Shown: piece by piece, positions 62,536 through 64,000 of the stretch
How positions within the stretch are numbered: the first letter of the stretch is position 1
Layout of the letters: every line of letters begins with the position of its first letter
From: Dehalococcoidia bacterium
GTDB lineage: Bacteria > Chloroflexota > Dehalococcoidia > Lucifugimonadales > JAGWBF01
NCBI GenBank assembly: GCA_965248975.1
Contig: CBDFKU010000017.1
Location: 109,090 to 173,089 of the forward strand
DNA: 64,000 bases
Direction of reading: 5' to 3'
Program-made: the position numbers and the translations under genes
Notes under the pieces: generated by a model
What the model was told of the DNA's origin: nothing
Databases searched by the model: none
What the model saw: the letters and a program-made list of their open reading frames with translations, nothing else

Positions 62536-64000
62536 TCAGGATGCGTTGCGCTGATAGGCGTCGGCGGCCCTGAGCACGGTCGCGTCCTCCCCGGTCCGGC
62601 CCACCAGCATCATCCCAATGGGCAGCCCGTCCGACGTCCCGCAGGGCACGTTTATCGCCGGGTGTCCAGTGACGTCGAAGGGGCAGGTGTTGGGTATCAT
62701 CTCCAGGGCGCGGGCGGTGTACTCCTCGCGGCTGGCGTCCGGGGCCGGGATCACCGTGGCCTTCATCGGCAGCGTCGGCATCACCAGCAGGTCGACGTTC
62801 TGGAAGACGTCGTCATAGGCTGCCTTCAGCCGACGCGCCAGGTTCTGGGCCTTGGCGTAGTACCTGCCGTGGTACTGGTCCTGCATGTACTGGCCCAGGA
62901 GCACTACCAGCTTCGTCGTCTCGGAGAGGTCGTCCGCTCTGGTGTAGCGGCCCCGGGCGAAGACGTCCAGCAGGCTGGTGGTGTAGTGGCCCTTCCAGTT
63001 GGTCCCCATGCTGTTCCCCGCCACCATCAGCATGGCGGCGCCCTCCACGGCGATGGCGTTCCAGATGTGCATGCCGTCCCGGTGCCACGGAACGGAGACC
63101 GTGCTTACCTGGGCGCCCATTCCCTCGAAGGCGCGGGCCGACTGGTTCACCGATGCATCCACGTCGCTTTCGGACAGGCCTTCCCAGCCGAATCCCTCCT
63201 GGACGATCGCCAGACGCAGGCCGTTCACGTCGCCTGTGAGGGCCTGGCTGTAAGCCTCGGCGCTCCGGCCCGAGCCCTGCCTCGGGTCCAGGCCGTCGGG
63301 CCCGGCGATGGCCTCCAGCAGCAGGGCGACCTCGGCAGCCGAACGGGCCAACGGGCCGGTGTGGTCCAGGGTCAGCTCGATGGGGAACACCCCGGTGTAA
63401 GGCACCAAGCCGTGGGTCGGCTTCAGGCCGTAGATTCCGCACCAGGAGGCGGGGATGCGGATGGAGCCTCCCTGGTCGCCACCGATGGACATGTCCACCT
63501 CTCCCGCGGCCACCAGGGCCGCGCTACCGCTGGAGGAGCCACCGGCTGTGCGGGCGTGGTTATGTGGGTTGAGCACCGGGCCGGTGTCCGAGGTGTGGCT
63601 GCCGCCGGAGAAACAGAGGCTCTCGCAGACGGCCTTGCCCATGATAGTGCCGCCGGCGTCCAGGATGCGGGTGACGATGGTCGCATCGATGTTGGGAACG
63701 TAGCCTTCCAGCACACTGGTGCCGTTCATCAGAGGCAGACCGGCCACGCATACGTTGTCCTTGATAGCCACCGTCTTTCCGGCAAGCAGCCCGCTGGAGG
63801 CCCCCTTTATCTCGCAACGCCAGTACCAGGCGCTCAGGGGATTCTCCTCGGGGTCGGGCCTGTAGCCCGCGCCCCGGGCGTACTTCACCGGCAGGCTGGG
63901 CTCGGCCAACTCGTCGAGGCGTGAGTAGGAGGCCAGGACTCCGTCCATGAGTCCCCGAAAAGACTCCAGGTCCTCTTCGGTGGCGTTCAGGTTGTAGCTC
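62536..64000 (-). CDS. Amidase signature family protein (5' end outside the window)
   Basis: IKDN, GGSSSGS, GGDQGGSIRIPA. Confidence 0.93.
   Translation of the reverse strand, partial: SYNLNATEEDLESFRGLMDGVLASYSRLDELAEPSLPVKYARGAGYRPDPEENPLSAWYWRCEIKGASSGLLAGKTVAIKDNVCVAGLPLMNGTSVLEGYVPNIDATIVTRILDAGGTIMGKAVCESLCFSGGSHTSDTGPVLNPHNHARTAGGSSSGSAALVAAGEVDMSIGGDQGGSIRIPASWCGIYGLKPTHGLVPYTGVFPIELTLDHTGPLARSAAEVALLLEAIAGPDGLDPRQGSGRSAEAYSQALTGDVNGLRLAIVQEGFGWEGLSESDVDASVNQSARAFEGMGAQVSTVSVPWHRDGMHIWNAIAVEGAAMLMVAGNSMGTNWKGHYTTSLLDVFARGRYTRADDLSETTKLVVLLGQYMQDQYHGRYYAKAQNLARRLKAAYDDVFQNVDLLVMPTLPMKATVIPAPDASREEYTARALEMIPNTCPFDVTGHPAINVPCGTSDGLPIGMMLVGRTGEDATVLRAADAYQRNAS

Overview
GC-rich bacterial chromosomal segment. 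Gene content suggests Chloroflexota, probably Dehalococcoidia/SAR202-like (inference). It carries housekeeping genes (mfd, rph, ileS, tlyA, rpmH-rnpA/yidD-yidC-jag, rpoD, dnaG, cmk, plsC, holB, lysA, uvrA) and catabolic paralogues (xanthine-dehydrogenase-family cluster with two large subunits, enoyl-CoA hydratase, LLM oxidoreductase, thiolase-like/DUF35 pair, amidase). Mobile DNA consists of two inverted IS630 copies and one IS1182-like element that splits a membrane-protein gene. No rRNA, tRNA or CRISPR array was seen. The most notable observations are: (1) two different intergenic palindromic repeat families also occur in frame inside ileS; (2) a single-ORF RnpA-YidD fusion, a beta-propeller lipoprotein gene in the yidC operon, and a basic YidC tail overprinted on jag; (3) a SARP/BTAD regulator with 11-bp-periodic heptamers at a bidirectional promoter, linked to a DUF1059 protein and a CopC-cupredoxin fusion. 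Several single-base frameshifts and in-frame TAG codons may be sequencing errors rather than biology. All assignments come from reading motifs by eye; no database searches were run.
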